A stretch of 64,000 nt of DNA from Nemertoderma westbladi (GCA_032718475.1 JAUCBJ010008331.1:55116-119115); one strand, 5' to 3'; positions 38,531 through 51,781 are shown, counted from the stretch's first letter. Made by a program: numbers and translations. Notes: generated by a model from the sequence alone, not told the origin.

Positions 38531-39197
38531 CCAGGAAACACTCATACTAACACTCTCAATGAATCGTGGATGGCAGTGATCAGAATTTCCGAATTTGAAA
38601 AAATCCTAATTTTGACACAGGAGCTCCAAGGATGGGATGTGGAAAGTGTCACAATAGTGGTTCATCAAGATGTCTTGTTCCCTGATGGAGATGATGACAG
38701 CTGGATAGGTGAATACACTGATGCTGCATCAGCAGGGTATGCTGTCAAGTCGCTTTTCCTACAATCAACGCAACAATCAATGGTCCAATAACAATTATCT
38801 TTGGTGTAGTTGAGAAGAGTAAATGATTGTTGGTCAATTCGCTTAGATTCAAATGTCTAATTATAACTAGGGCCTATATAATTTGTATTGATTATAAAAT
38901 AAGGCAACTTTAACTAGCAACTCTAATAATAACTTAACATTGAATTAATTATATCTATTTTGTTGCGGTTCATGTGAATTGCACTATTAGTAATATGGAT
39001 TTATATTGAAAATATGCCTTTGAATGTATTGTATGTTTTGGTCATAATTAATTTCCTTGTCCACTCTCGTATAAATAGTTTCGGAAGTTCCATAAGAGCT
39101 AATGTAGTAGTAATTAAACCAATGATAAGTATTAATATTTAATCAAATAAAAATAAATAAATAAATTTAATTATTAAGACTCAACAAGTGGGTAAAA

Positions 39198-39395
39198 ACC
39201 GTACTGGTAGGTAACAAAACACAATTATTTATATCAAACAACTTAACCGTTACATGAAAACTGCTGATCTGTGAGCACATCACAGAGACAGTCTTGGTTT
39301 CGCCCAAAAGGAGGGCTTTATCAGGTTAACAGTTTGCATGCAACGGTTAAGTTGTTTGATTTTAATTATTTTGTTTTGTTACCTACTGGTACGGT
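39198..39395. repeat. Imperfect inverted repeat (~65-bp arms) around a degenerate hammerhead-like core
   Basis: Arms at ~39198-39263 and ~39330-39395. The spacer on the minus strand reads CTGATAA-A-GCCC TCCTTTT GGGC-GAAAC. Confidence 0.6.
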
Positions 39396-40237
39396 ACCAG
39401 CACCCAGAGCAGTGTAGCGCTGATTGGCTGACAGTACAGTAAGTTAGTTTACGAATTCGTAGGCCTGGGTCTACAGTATGTTGTAGCACTGATACTGTTG
39501 TTAGCTTCCATTACTGGTATTTTTGCAAGAATTTAAGGGTTTGGCTGTTTGGTACCGGTAGACTGGTATGTCTTCTTCTGTTGTAGCTACAGAGCTACGG
39601 CTACTGGTATTTTTGCAAGAATTTAATGGTTCGGTACCGGTAGACTGGGATGTCTTCCGTCAGTCTGTTGGTGGCACCACTGTCACCTATCTGCAAATTA
39701 TTTCTGTCTGTAGGCAGGCAGTACAGCAGTGGGCCTATATCATTACAAGACGTTAAACAGAGAACATGACAACTGTTGCCTAATGCTTACAGTTGGATAC
39801 CCGGTAGGCTATATTTGTTAAATTCATGGATCTAGGCCTACTTCTTGACTTGGCTCTGACTACAATACAGCAATAGCCTACTGCAATACACCATGTCCCA
39901 AAATACAGGAATATAGTGTTGTAATTCAGTGACACCCCCCCCCCCCCCCCCCTAATTTTTTTACAAATCGTAATGAGATTGCATGAAATTTGAAACAGAG
40001 ATAGTTTCACCTCCCGACCACTGACTGGGTGAACCAGAATTTTTATTTTTGCTTTCAATCTTTAAGCTACAAACAAGCGTTTAAAAAAAGTGTCTCTAGC
40101 GATATTACACCAGATACACCGCATTTGTTCTTCTACCTTATAGCTGTTTCCTGTTTGTTGGTACCAATGGAAAGCTGGCCATGCAAAGATTCCAAATATG
40201 TAACACAATTTGAATTTCGTTGAAAAATAGGTGAGAT

Positions 40238-43200
40238 GGGGTATTCCGTATGAGATCAACACAGCAAAAATCCTTACCATCTCAGATTTTCTTGAAATTT
40301 GGTGGAGAGCTAGTACCTATAGACCACCTCAAATTTTGAGGTTTTTGCCGATTTGCGGTCAGACTGGAAGAATACAAAGAGGCATCAATAATGAAGATAT
40401 CATAAACATGCAACATAAGTATTCATTTGAAAGCTCTTGTCTTGCTCTTTCATAATATCGTGATACTTGTACTATATTTTCCACATAGCTCTTTTAATGT
40501 AGCTTTAAAGACTTTAAATGCGAAGCGCAAAAAACATGTATACTTCAATTTTGCTCAAACTTGGCTCAAATTATCCTTATTATGTCTCTTAACACCCATA
40601 AAAAAATTAGGATGGCTTTTCCACCCCTTTCGTGACTTACAGCCGTTTTTGTTTTGGTCATTCGACGGTTTTGCGAAACATCGCGAAACGTTGCGATCGC
40701 AACATACATTGTTGAATGTTAACAATATTTGCGACTATCTCTTTGCATGTGTTTAACTATGTCATATTTGTTAATCAGCATAAAAAATATTTTTACTTTG
40801 AAATATCTCAAAAAATTTCTTTATTTTTTTTATACATGGTAGTGCTGCTAGGGATATATCAATATATTTCTCAAATAAATGGTAAAATGGTAAAGGTTTT
40901 CCTCTTCACATGGAAAAGGTCCTTTTGATGGGATTGGTGGAACTATAAAGAGACTTGCTGCTCGAGCAAGTCTCCAGAGACCATACAATGACCAAATAAT
41001 GACACCAAAACAGCTCCACCAATTTGTTGTTGAAAACATCAAAGGGATACATTCTATTTACATAAGCAAAGATGAATATGAACTAGGGATGCGACAGAGC
41101 TAAAATTTCATCCGGAGCCGGAGCCCAGAGGTTCCTCCGGGTTACAATATGAGCTCCGGCCGGAGACGGAGCCGGAGCCGGAGATTTGGTGATTGATAAT
41201 TCAAGTGTATTATTATAGTAGACATAGACAGATATGCGTCCATGAAACAGGGGGGGGGGGGGGGGGGGGGATTTGATGCAAATTCTTACTCGGCGAATAA
41301 TATCTCCCTCAATGTAAATTATCAATTAAGGGAAATGAGCAGTTTGCAGTCGCATGCTAGTCTATTCTAATCAAAACAATAAACTATATTCAATAGAACA
41401 GGTTACAGTTTTATTTTTGGGAGTAATCAGCAGTTATTTACGTCGAATTTTCCCCTGGAGAGGGATGAATTTTGATTGCGTCCATAGACTCCCTCATCTG
41501 ATCTGGTGTTCAATGGGCTAAAATATACTGTAATGTTTTAGACTTTTCAGTTCACACTCATTACACAAACTCTGTTATTTTTATTTCTTACGACTAGACT
41601 AGACTATCAGTAACTTCGGTTTGTTGTCAACTTATCATCGACACTATTTTTATGGGACATTGTGTAATTAATTTCCAGGAGTTGGTGCAGTTTTCAGTAT
41701 ATTGTCATTGATAAACGATAAAACATGTACCACCTAATACACTTACGTACGTAGGCTGGCATAAACCGGATATCTAAAATAATATTAGTAATTTGGATAT
41801 ATCACAACTGTTTAGAGGGTCCTCGGGCTCTATTTACTATTGAATCAGGAACTGAATACAATCTCGCACACAATATGTATAACTATTAAAATTATTATTA
41901 CATAAATTTAATAAACATATAGTTCTATAATATAAAATAGTTCTAGAATTATAAGTATTTAAACTGATTATTTTATACAAATGAACAGTACCAGCCTGTT
42001 GGGGATGGGGATGGGGGGGGGGGGGGGGGGGGTCAGTGGAATGGGTGTTCTAGACTGACGAACGAAACGATATGTGACGTATTTAAGATTTTTTAATTAG
42101 GGAAGAATATTAATTGAATTAACTGAATCATTTCAATGTTTTTGTTCAAACATTTAAACAATTTCACAAGGGGGTGGGAGGTTATCAGGAAACTTAAAAA
42201 AACAAGCTGTAAATTACTTAATGAGTTATTATGTTAATTACTATGATATTTACATTATTCATACATCAGAAAAACTTATTATTTTAATTCGAATTTAAAC
42301 AATATAAGCTCCGGATTGGCTCCGGGTTAATTTGCCCGGAGCCGGAACCAGAGCCGGAACTAGAAAATTGGCCCGGAGCTCCGGATTTCCGGAGCCGGAG
42401 CCGGAGCTCTGTCGCATCCCTAATATGAACCACAAATAACAACACTCCAACAACAATTCCTTGTTGCAAAAACTATTCCAGGTACTCGAAGCATTCATAA
42501 CTTCAAGCCAATTAGTTTGAGTGCATTAGCTGTGAAGGAGTTCTCGTACTCAACTGAAACTAAGGAAGTTTTGGAGATTGACTTTGAGTCAATTTCTGGA
42601 TTTGTTACAGCAATCTACGACAAACAGTGGTATCTGGCATGTGTACTCCAGACATATGCAGAGACTTTGGAGGTTAAACTAAGTCTCTCTCAATCAGACA
42701 TACTGAGGGTGCAATCCTTTGATATTCTGTCAGTCTGTCCATTGTTGATCCAACAACACAAACTGGCAGAACTTACTCTATTTCAACAAAAGACTCTATA
42801 AATAGTACATCTCAATGCGAATCTACATCTACAATGCGAAGAAGTTGTATTTAAAATTGAATTTAAATTTTGTGTATTGATTTTGATATGATTTAGTCTT
42901 GTATACTACTTATATGTATTGTGCTTCTGTTTATACTTATGATATTAATAAGAAAGTCGCTGGATGGAGGTAACTCCATCCATAATTTGCCATGCCATGT
43001 ATAAAAAACTAAAGATATTTTTTAAGATTGAAACTAAAAATCATTTTTATGCTGATTAACAAGTAACATCATGTAAAAAAATAGACACACATATTGTTAA
43101 CAATCAACAATGTTTATCACGAATCGCAACATTTTGCGAAACATCGCGATGTTTGGATGCACTACACATTTCAAGTCTTCAAAGCTATATTAAAAGAGCT

Positions 43201-43516
43201 ATGTTTAAAATATTGCAAAAATAGCTGGATATTATGAAAGACCAAGACAAGAGCTTTCAAATGAATACTTATGTTGCATGTTCATTGTGAGATCTTCATG
43301 AATTAGACCTCTTTGTATAGTTCCGGTCCGACCAGAAATCGGCGAAAACCTCAAACTTTGAGGTGGCATATCTCGTGATTGCAAGCAGTTCAAGATCTAA
43401 AATTTAGCATGCATTACTTACTCAATAAGTACTAGCTCTCCACCAAATTTCAAAAAAATCCGAGCACCTAAGGTAAAAAATGCTATAAAAGGTGATGATT
43501 TCGTGCGGAATGTCAC
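40238..43516 (+). mobile_element. Sola2-like DNA transposon, internally deleted
   Basis: Long imperfect TIRs (~600 bp) and a 4-bp TSD AGAT (40234-40237, 43517-43520). Transposase remnant SHGKGPFDGIGGTIKRLAARASLQ...IMTPKQL and KTIPGTRSIHNFKP...YDKQWYLA. Confidence 0.78.
41084..42422. mobile_element. Non-autonomous hAT element nested in the Sola2 transposase
   Basis: TIR TAGGGATGCGACAGAGCT, perfect 8-bp TSD ATATGAAC and CCGGAG subterminal repeats. Confidence 0.9.
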
Positions 43517-43859
43517 AGATATGAGCGTTCAAATTTTGCATTGTTTTGCACAGGCGCGAGGCTATTTTATTCTATTTAACACTAATATGTACAAGACTTT
43601 TGGTTACTTAATACTTAATTAGTACATGTGCACTACATTTGTAGTTTTTCATGTTTCTTATTTAATTCATGGGAGATATTATTTCTGATGACTGCCAGAG
43701 ATGAAAATTCATGGGAAAGGGCAACCCATGGTATTTTGTTGTGTAAGAAACAAATGTCATTACTATATCTGATATCATTACATTATTAATCATTAATTAA
43801 AGTAATTCACATACCTATACTTATTTACAGTTTTGGCATACACAAGTTTTGGTAACTAT

Positions 43860-45639
43860 AAGATGCTGCTTGCAAGCAGGCTTGTGACATTTGTCACATC
43901 GCTGGCGCATTGATGAAGCATTTTTACCAGTGCAAACATAACACTTCCGAGGTCCAAGAGTAATGTGATTCACATCATCTTCATTGGACTTTGCAGGGCT
44001 AAATCCGAGGAATTCAGCAGCTTGTCATGACAGCTTCGGTGTTCGGAACTGGTTCACCCTGTATTGAATGTTGTCAGTTGCCAATGCCAATACCAATGCC
44101 AGGTTCTTGAGATATTGACTCCGTGATTTATTGTATCCCAACTTTTTCATAATGATGACACCATTCACTGTAGAAACGTCGACCATATTCGAGAAAATAA
44201 CAACAGGCCACCGATCTGTCTTTCTCTTACACGTGAAGTGGCTGACTCGCTCATCCATTAGATCTGTACCGAATTTAGTGCTGTTATAGTTATGCTATAA
44301 CTAAGGGTTTGCCATCCTTATCAGTTTCAAAAGGGCAGTGGCTACTTGATAGCATTATGACGTTTTTATCTTTCTTAGCCATGTAGGATACTACGGTTAT
44401 TTTATGTTCTTCGTTGAACACAAACGCACTGCAATTAACAGTACATTTCTTCGACAGCTGTAGCTCTGATGGAACCTCTTTTCTGTTCTTACGTACAGTT
44501 CCTAATAGAGTAGGGCCCTTTTTTCTCAGTTCAACCGCCAAATCGAACTAAGTAAAAAAGTTATCCGTTGTGATATTTCGGCCAGTTTGATAGAACGGTT
44601 CACACAGTTCCAATACAATATCTTTCCCCAATCCCCGATGAACTGCCTCACCCTCTAGTTTCCCACTGTATATGATACCTCCCAATGCATAACCAGTAGA
44701 GGCTTCGTTGATCCAAAATTTCTTAGTACCAAACCTTTTAGGTTTCGTTGGCATATAAATCCTAGCTGGGACACCTACAAGCTGTTCATCAACTGTCAGA
44801 TTGACTTCAGGAATAATTCCCTTCAATAACTGGGCCTGAAGCATCTCCCAGACGTTGCGTATAGCAGCAAACTTATCTCCACCTGCTGCCTGTTTGCGTG
44901 CTTCTCTAGTGGCAATGTTGTCAAATCTCAAACATCGCAATAACAGTTTGAATCGTGGTAAACCCATGGCAGCACGAAAAAATGGTGGTCCATGAACAGG
45001 ATTCCATAACTCCTATAATTCTTGGTGAGCACTACCGTAAACACCAGCCATTATCATGATCCCCAAATCAGCTTGTAACTCTTGAAAGGAGAAGCGATCA
45101 AACTTTTGGAGTTCTTTCTTTTTCACCATTGCAGTACCTCTACGATTAGTTTCTCTAAGAGTTATGTACTGAATGTCTTCAGTTATGAAAACTTGAAAAC
45201 TCTCCTTTTCCGATTGAGGTTGAACTTTTACTTTTGGATGAAAGTTTATTATATCACAGCGACTTATCTTTGATGGTGGAGGTTCATAGTCAATATACTC
45301 AATCCCAGCTTTCGAAGTAATCTTGGCTGATTCATTGTCACCTGGCAAGGTATAATCAGAATCATACTCCTCTTCTGCATCTCCTGGCTCTGGTTCATCT
45401 TCATTATCAGATGAGTCACTCTCTTCGTCTAATTCCCATTCATTGTCACTCAGTAGTAAGTTGTCTTCAATCTCATCCACAGGTTCATCTTCCAACAAAC
45501 CAGCAACAGCTTCTCCTTCATTCTCTCCATCATCTTCCAGCAAAGCGGCAACAACTTCATCTAATTCGTGCTCATTACACGACCTGGTAGGCCTAAGCCT
45601 AGGCCTACCAGTACCAGTAGTAATTTTTGTACAACACAA
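43860..45639 (-). pseudogene. piggyBac (PGBD4-like) transposase with stops and frameshifts
   Basis: Acidic N-terminus, LRFDN, LTVDEQL, YMPTKPKRFG, ITTDNFFT, GTVRKNR, YNSTKFGTDLMD, RWP and a C-terminal CYVC...CDKC...C..H domain. Confidence 0.9.
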
Positions 45640-48600
45640 GGCAGCAAGGAATAGTCTACTAGATTAGGCTTATATTCCAATGAGGGGCTCTTAACAGTCT
45701 GACAGTTGTGGTGTTCTCGATTTAAAGTTTGCCAGTAGGAAGAGGTACTGGTACTCTCTACTATCTACTATGTCTATATGTCATCATTTCACAGTGCAGC
45801 AGTGTCGGCCTAATACTAATCAATACAGCAATAGGCCTATTATTAGGCCTACTCTTAGAGTTAGGCCGTTGTCAGTTCGTAGCTGTAACCCTATTGAGTA
45901 TTGCCTTATTGGTAGGCCTATATGATTTATTTACCATACTTCCATATATTCACTGAATGAGACAGTATAATGATTTCTAATTATAAATATAGAAGTGCAT
46001 TGGCGTTATCTTGGCATCATAGTCACGATCATTAATAGGATGATTCACAGGATATTGATGTTACATCAGTAGTCGATGAAGAGGTCAACATTTGCAACAT
46101 GCCTGCTGTGGAGACATACAAGGAACGGTACTGTAAAGATGGGACCTCATTTTCTCATCATCATTGTACGTTATGCTCCTATTGTCATGCTTATTCTTCT
46201 AAAATTAAAGAGCATATTATTAAAGGTCATTGGAACCATGCCATTAGTGTTGAAGGTTTATATTGTCTTTCATGCGAGTTAAACCATGAATCTGAGACTG
46301 TTGAAGTTGCAACTATAAGTGAAACTACCAAACCTACTCCAAATCTTCGAGCATACTATCATTGTCCATTTCTAGATTGTTTGGCTATTATCAGATGGAA
46401 ATCAAGCTTTTTAGAACATTTATGCAATATTCATAATTGTATTGCTACTGTATTGATAGGTGGTAACTTATTAGTGAACCCTCTAAGTTGAATCCAGATA
46501 CGCCTATGTTTATTTGTAACCTACCCATACCCTACCCATTACAACCACTTGTGTACCCAGTGGTAACCCAAACTTTATTAACATCGACCGAGAATGCTGG
46601 TAACAGTATTAGTAGGCCTACCACTATTACTACCAGTACATCACAGTCTGATCTTCCCTTGCCAATGAATAAGATCTCTGCTCTCAGTGGCTCTGGTGAT
46701 ATGTCTTCGCCGACTTATTCCCATGATGTTGGTGGCTTCAAAACATTGGATTTGTCTTCATTTTTAGTGAAACTGTTCTATATATTAGAACAAACATTTC
46801 AGATGTGGAATGAGAACATATTGTGAAGCCCTTTAGTCCAATTGTAAGTAGGCCTACTTCAATATCTTCCTCGAAGATCAATCCACATCTAGTCCCGACC
46901 TGTTCCTGGATTATGACAAAGAGCCCCAAAAATCACTTCCAGCTTAAACCGAAAAGTCCCATAATATCTCCTCGCAAGTTTTATCTTTGTAAATTATGGA
47001 TGCTTTCACACAGTTTGGCAAGACATGTTCGTCTGCAGCATTCATCAATTGTATTTAAAATGGCGTATTAATCGACCCCAGTCATGGTCTGTACCTTGTG
47101 CGTCACTGCAAGAGTGGCATTGATTTGCCTGTCCATGTCATGAGGTACAATCAAGGAGTAGATTTTAGCATGATTTGTGCAATGCGAATTGGAGACATGT
47201 AATATCACAATGCTGATTTCAGGTGTTAATTTTCCTTCATCTGAATGTTCCCATTGTGCTGTTGTCAATCTTGTTGATAATGACCATGCCATTCAGAACT
47301 TATCTCATGGTAAATTATTAGAGCTGGGTGATTCAAAATTTTTTTTTGAAAATGTGTACCATCAAGGAGTGCATTTCAGTCTATGGTGAGGCCATGAAAG
47401 CTAATACACCAACAGTGGTAATGTTTAAACCTATAGATTATTCTCACAATTATCTACTAAGGTTGTTCTTCTAAGGTTGTTTATTCACCTTCACACAGCG
47501 ATCCTTGAAAAAATGGTTAAATATTTACAAGAGGTTAAAAAGATTCCTGTAAACATCGGTCTTTTAGCCAAAAAACTGAACAGTGAATTGCCACTATTGT
47601 ACGAACCTTCAGAAAGTGTTTGCAAGTATTGTGATATCGAATGAAATGATCGATGTAATATCACATGTTCAGCCAAAGTTTATTGCTTTATGAGTGTGTT
47701 GGTGAATTTGCAAACGTTTTTCAAAGAATGCCCTACTTTTGGAGCCGACAATTTTGATGATATACATTTAATTAAGTTAGATGTCTTGGTATGGTTGCGC
47801 CACCAAGTTGCCAATCATGGTATGTTTAGTACTTTTGCTTCTTCCTTATCCAATACCATTGGCTTTACAGTTAATGGGGATATACTTCGTAAAGCTTATT
47901 TTCACTTTGAGGCTATGACCAATCATGAGTACGCCTTCAACTGTGGGATTTGTGGCTATCACCCTATGGTGTTAACTTTTGACTTAGACTGCAAAGTCTG
48001 TTTTGATTTATCTACTCAAGAAGAAATTGCCGATGTTGATGAGAGAGATTCTGAGTTAGAACTAGTGGATTCGGATGATTTTTGGAATAAAGTTAATCTA
48101 AATCTGATATTTACTGGATTCTTGTGCAAGTCTCTATTTGCTATAAAGCCTAATCTTGACGAGGTAGAATAAAACGTCTGTCTTTATCTGATCTGATCTG
48201 ATCTGACGGCATATAATCATATAACCAATCGGGAGAAATAGATATAATATTTACCTAACTGTCTGTTAGGTAAATAGCCAATAGGGGATCAGGTTGCCCT
48301 GTTACGTATCACTATCATCATATGACATAGCAGTAGGCCTTCAGGCATACCGGTATGCAGACAATGCAGCAAAGACATGTCTGATATAAAATACATGACA
48401 TGCATATATAAAAAATGCGATATAGGATGAAGGATGGCGGGTATGAAAGTTGTGTGATTGATTGCCCCAGCAAAGATGGGATAGTTTCAGATGTAAACAA
48501 CTTTCGCATATTTATTTGGTGTTGAAACATTAATCATTTATTAAAAACAATACAGCCTTTCTGTCTTTGCTGCAATATTTTACTAATCTTTTTTGTTAAT

Positions 48601-48929
48601 AGTTATCAATATTAATAGTTAAAGTTAATTATAAAATATTTATTGTTTGTTTGATACGCTAAAGGGAAGGCAGGAAGGGGTACAGTATATCTGTACAGTA
48701 CTGTACTGCCGAATATGGCAAAACACTTAGCATGCCCCATATTGCCCTGATTGCCAGCTGATACAGCGGAGTTTATACCCAGACGATGAAGGAAGATGGG
48801 AATGTGGGTGGGAATGTGGGAATCAATAAACGCTGTTGTTACCTTCCAATTGAAAGAAAAGAGCAGGTTACAGCGTTGGCAATTTCTAACCAAAATAATA
48901 AACGATGTTATTGAAAATTTTCACACACT

Positions 48930-49515
48930 GCCGAAAAATACAAGTTTCAGAATTCTTATGCAATTTTTACATATTCTATTGAATTCAGAACCATCAAAAA
49001 TCTGTATAACGCATGAAACAAGGTGACAAAATCAATTGATATTGTTGATGGGTTTTAAAATTTTGTGCTAGCACCAAATTTTGCACCCATACTTCCGAAA
49101 AATACAAGTTTGAAATGTCTAATTGTTAGATAAATATTTATTCCATTGAATTCAGAGCATAAACCATCCATAAACCTCTAAAATGTAAGATATGAGTTGT
49201 CACTATTGAATGAATTTTCAAAATTTCTTGGTGGCACCAAATTTTGCACACAGCACCGAAAAATACATCGTTGATATGCCTGGTGCAATTCGTATATGTT
49301 CTAAACGAGACCAGAATGCCTAAAAACCCTATTGCGGAAAAATCAGCTTCAAACAATCAATTTTCAAAATTGACATATTTCAACATTTGGGGCTGGTACC
49401 AAAATTTGGCACCCGCCGCTAAAAACTAGTTTAAATTTCTAGCTTATTTTATATGAATTCCTTTTAGTTAGTTTCAGAGGGGAGGTGTTATATTGCATCC
49501 CCCCGGGTTTAAGGG
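48930..49515 (-). mobile_element. Fragment of the piggyBac MITE family seen at 31294-32844
   Basis: Reverse-complement similarity to ~31300-32050, ending CCCCCCGGGTTTAAGGG. Confidence 0.7.
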
Positions 49516-49539
49516 AATACCGGGGAAACTTCACATGCT

Positions 49540-49705
49540 GACATGGGCAGAAACTCCAGTACACATTTAGCTACCATTTAAGGATGCAAGGCAGAGATGC
49601 CTTGCTAAACCCTTCAAAGCACTCATGCCGAATGGCCCCAATGCTGGGGTTGAACCCACAACCTCCGAGAGATGTGAATTCAATATATCCACTACACCAA
49701 GGTGG
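49540..49705 (-). mobile_element. tRNA-derived SINE copy
   Basis: The minus strand reads CCACCTTGGTGTAGTGG...TGAATTCACATCTC...GGGTTCAACCCC, homologous to 30333-30400, followed by a body sequence. Confidence 0.6.
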
Positions 49706-51035
49706 GCTCTGAACCAAGATGGAACAAGGGTCAGATACCGTCAGATCAGATCAGATAAGGACAGACGTTTTAGCCATCCTATAATATTGACGGTTGAGCC
49801 CCATTTATCGGAAAGCTTCCATTTACATGGAAGTCTAATGTTGTAATAAACTCTGAATTCATGAAGATCCAAAGAATTTCAGGTGATATTGATATCGAAG
49901 AAGATTGTCGAATTTTAAATGAAGAATTATTATTAGAAATGATATATGATTGGGACGTTAACAAAATCAAAGAACTTCTTATTAACATTTGTCCACAAAC
50001 GCCCCAAAGGAAAAAAAAATTAGGAATAAAAGCGATATTATTCAATGTGTCCGAAGAGAAATTCTTAGTTTACTAAATCAAGGGGAAATCAATAAGCGGT
50101 TCCAATATGCCTGGGGTTGTTCAGGAGGACTTGCGTCTGGAATATGCCCCCCATGGAGTAGTTGTATGTCTCAAATTTGTACTTCGTTGCGAAAGTCCGC
50201 GTGACTATATAGACTTGCTGCTCTCAATGAAGCGCATGCCGAACGTTGTGATCGTTGGATATGGCTCCACAAGTTTCGAACCATGGCAATAAACGTGTGC
50301 CATCAATTCTCACCCAACCATGGGCGAATTACAGACGACACTGTAACGAAGCGATATAAGCGTGTACTAATTTCCTGACAGCACCGTAAAGTTTCAGCCA
50401 ATCAGCGTCGCACTTCTCCCTGTGTGTTTCGCTCCGTGTGCTTCTCTATATGGTTGGACGTTACAGACCAGTCTCGTTGACTGCCATATAGCTCTAATTA
50501 ATCGTTGTATTTAAAATTGTGTGAGAAAGGTTAATTGGCAAACATCAATTACATGATTCAATCAACCCAGACGTAATCTATTTTAGTTTACTCTATTGTG
50601 CCATTCTGCTGAATGAATTTGAACAATTCTGTAGGTTAATTATAATAATTACAACTGCTAGAAAACTGGTAATTAAAATCTAATAACATGGAAAAAAGCG
50701 AACAGCAAGATGTATTAAATTTATATATTTATAATTTATATATTTTAATTTATAATATATTGTATTGTAATTTATTTATTTTTTATAATTTATTTATTTT
50801 TTATAATTTATTTATTTATTATAATTTATTATTTGTGTTATGGGTAAATGAGTAGTTTCATATTATTATAACTCTTTGTTGGCTTTCTCGCATTTATCTA
50901 TGGGTGTAACTGTCCTACCTAAATTAATAGTAAGAGTGTATAATTAATCATTGTGGCTGTGATTATTGTTCATGGTTAATATACACTACCGTTTCATTGT
51001 AGCGAGTGGTTAAAAACGGCCATGTACGGTAGGGC

Positions 51036-51250
51036 GGGTTGAGCACAGTTGCAGCATATGATGGTATTGACAGATGGGATGCCATGAGGATGCAAATTGC
51101 GGAAATTCAGTACAGGATATCAGGTAGTATTTCCAGGACTACTTTTTACCTGAGCCGCTAGCGGAATGGTTAGCACCAGACTTCTGACTCAGAGGTCTGC
51201 AGTTCGATCACACCTGGACATAGTTTCCGACTTTGATAAGTGTGCCCAAC
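51036..51250 (+). repeat. Dispersed repeat with an internal tRNA-like module (copy 1)
   Basis: Homologous to 60076-60288; A-box TAGCGGAATGG and B-box GTTCGATC. Confidence 0.65.
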
Positions 51251-51573
51251 GAATGCTACAATTATCACAAGTCATACATTCACATTTGTCTCTAACAAAA
51301 TTCCATCACCATATGAGATGATATCTCTCATCAATCGTTATTGCTTTCTCCACAATATCCGACATAAATGATATAATACTAACAGAGTAAACACATAGTT
51401 TTTGGACAACTGTACCATGATTTATAATTTTTACTTTCTTCCTGTAAGTAAATCTATAATTCGATCCCATTGTCTAATAAAACCAAACCTGCGGAGAAAG
51501 CATTGATTTATTGTCCGGTATTGACCCTTCTATTTATATATTATATTTATATATATTGAATATTAATTTTTAG

Positions 51574-51781
51574 TTACAATTCCAATTTCACGTATAATGG
51601 AACCAGAGACGCCCAGGAGGAAGTCAAAAATCAAAATCCTTACATCAGCAGTGGTTTGTCCGGCAGCCCAGGCGGGGTGAGACACCAGCTTTCTGATGAG
51701 AAACCTAAGGTCAATCTGCTGTCGCCATCGATGGCTCTTCATCACAAAACTGTTCGAGTGGATCTTCATCATTCTGATTAA
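51574..51781 (+). CDS. Candidate terminal exon (C-terminal tail) of the GPCR
   Basis: TTTTTAG| acceptor, phase 2, compatible with the TM7 exon donor. An open 68-codon Ser/Pro-rich hydrophilic frame YNSNFTYNG...DLHHSD* is GC-richer than its flanks. The linkage is inferred from phase only. Confidence 0.45.

Larger units (their letters stand above)
48162..49780. mobile_element. TIR element with (GATCT)n subterminal repeats and ~11-12-bp flanking duplication
   Basis: TIR AGG.....TAAAACGTCTGTC(T/C)TTATCTGATCTGATCTGA. Flanks are TAATCTTGACG (48151-48161) and TAATATTGACG (49782-49792). Confidence 0.65.
46099..50330 (+). pseudogene. Degenerate KDZ (Kyakuja-Dileera-Zisupton)/HMGXB3-like transposase with Cys clusters, interrupted
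   Basis: HHHCTLC, YYHCPFLDC, LRKAYFHFEAM...FNCGICGYHP.VL.FD, then GCSGG...CPHGVVVCLKFVLRCESPRDYIDLLLSMKRMPNVVI. Many frameshifts; split by the insertion at 48162-49780. Confidence 0.7.

Noticed and set aside
50342-50464. Solo LTR (TGTAACG...CGTTACA)
   Set aside because: Inverted termini are present, but it is only ~123 bp, has no clean TSD (GACAC vs GACCA) and has no second copy in the window.
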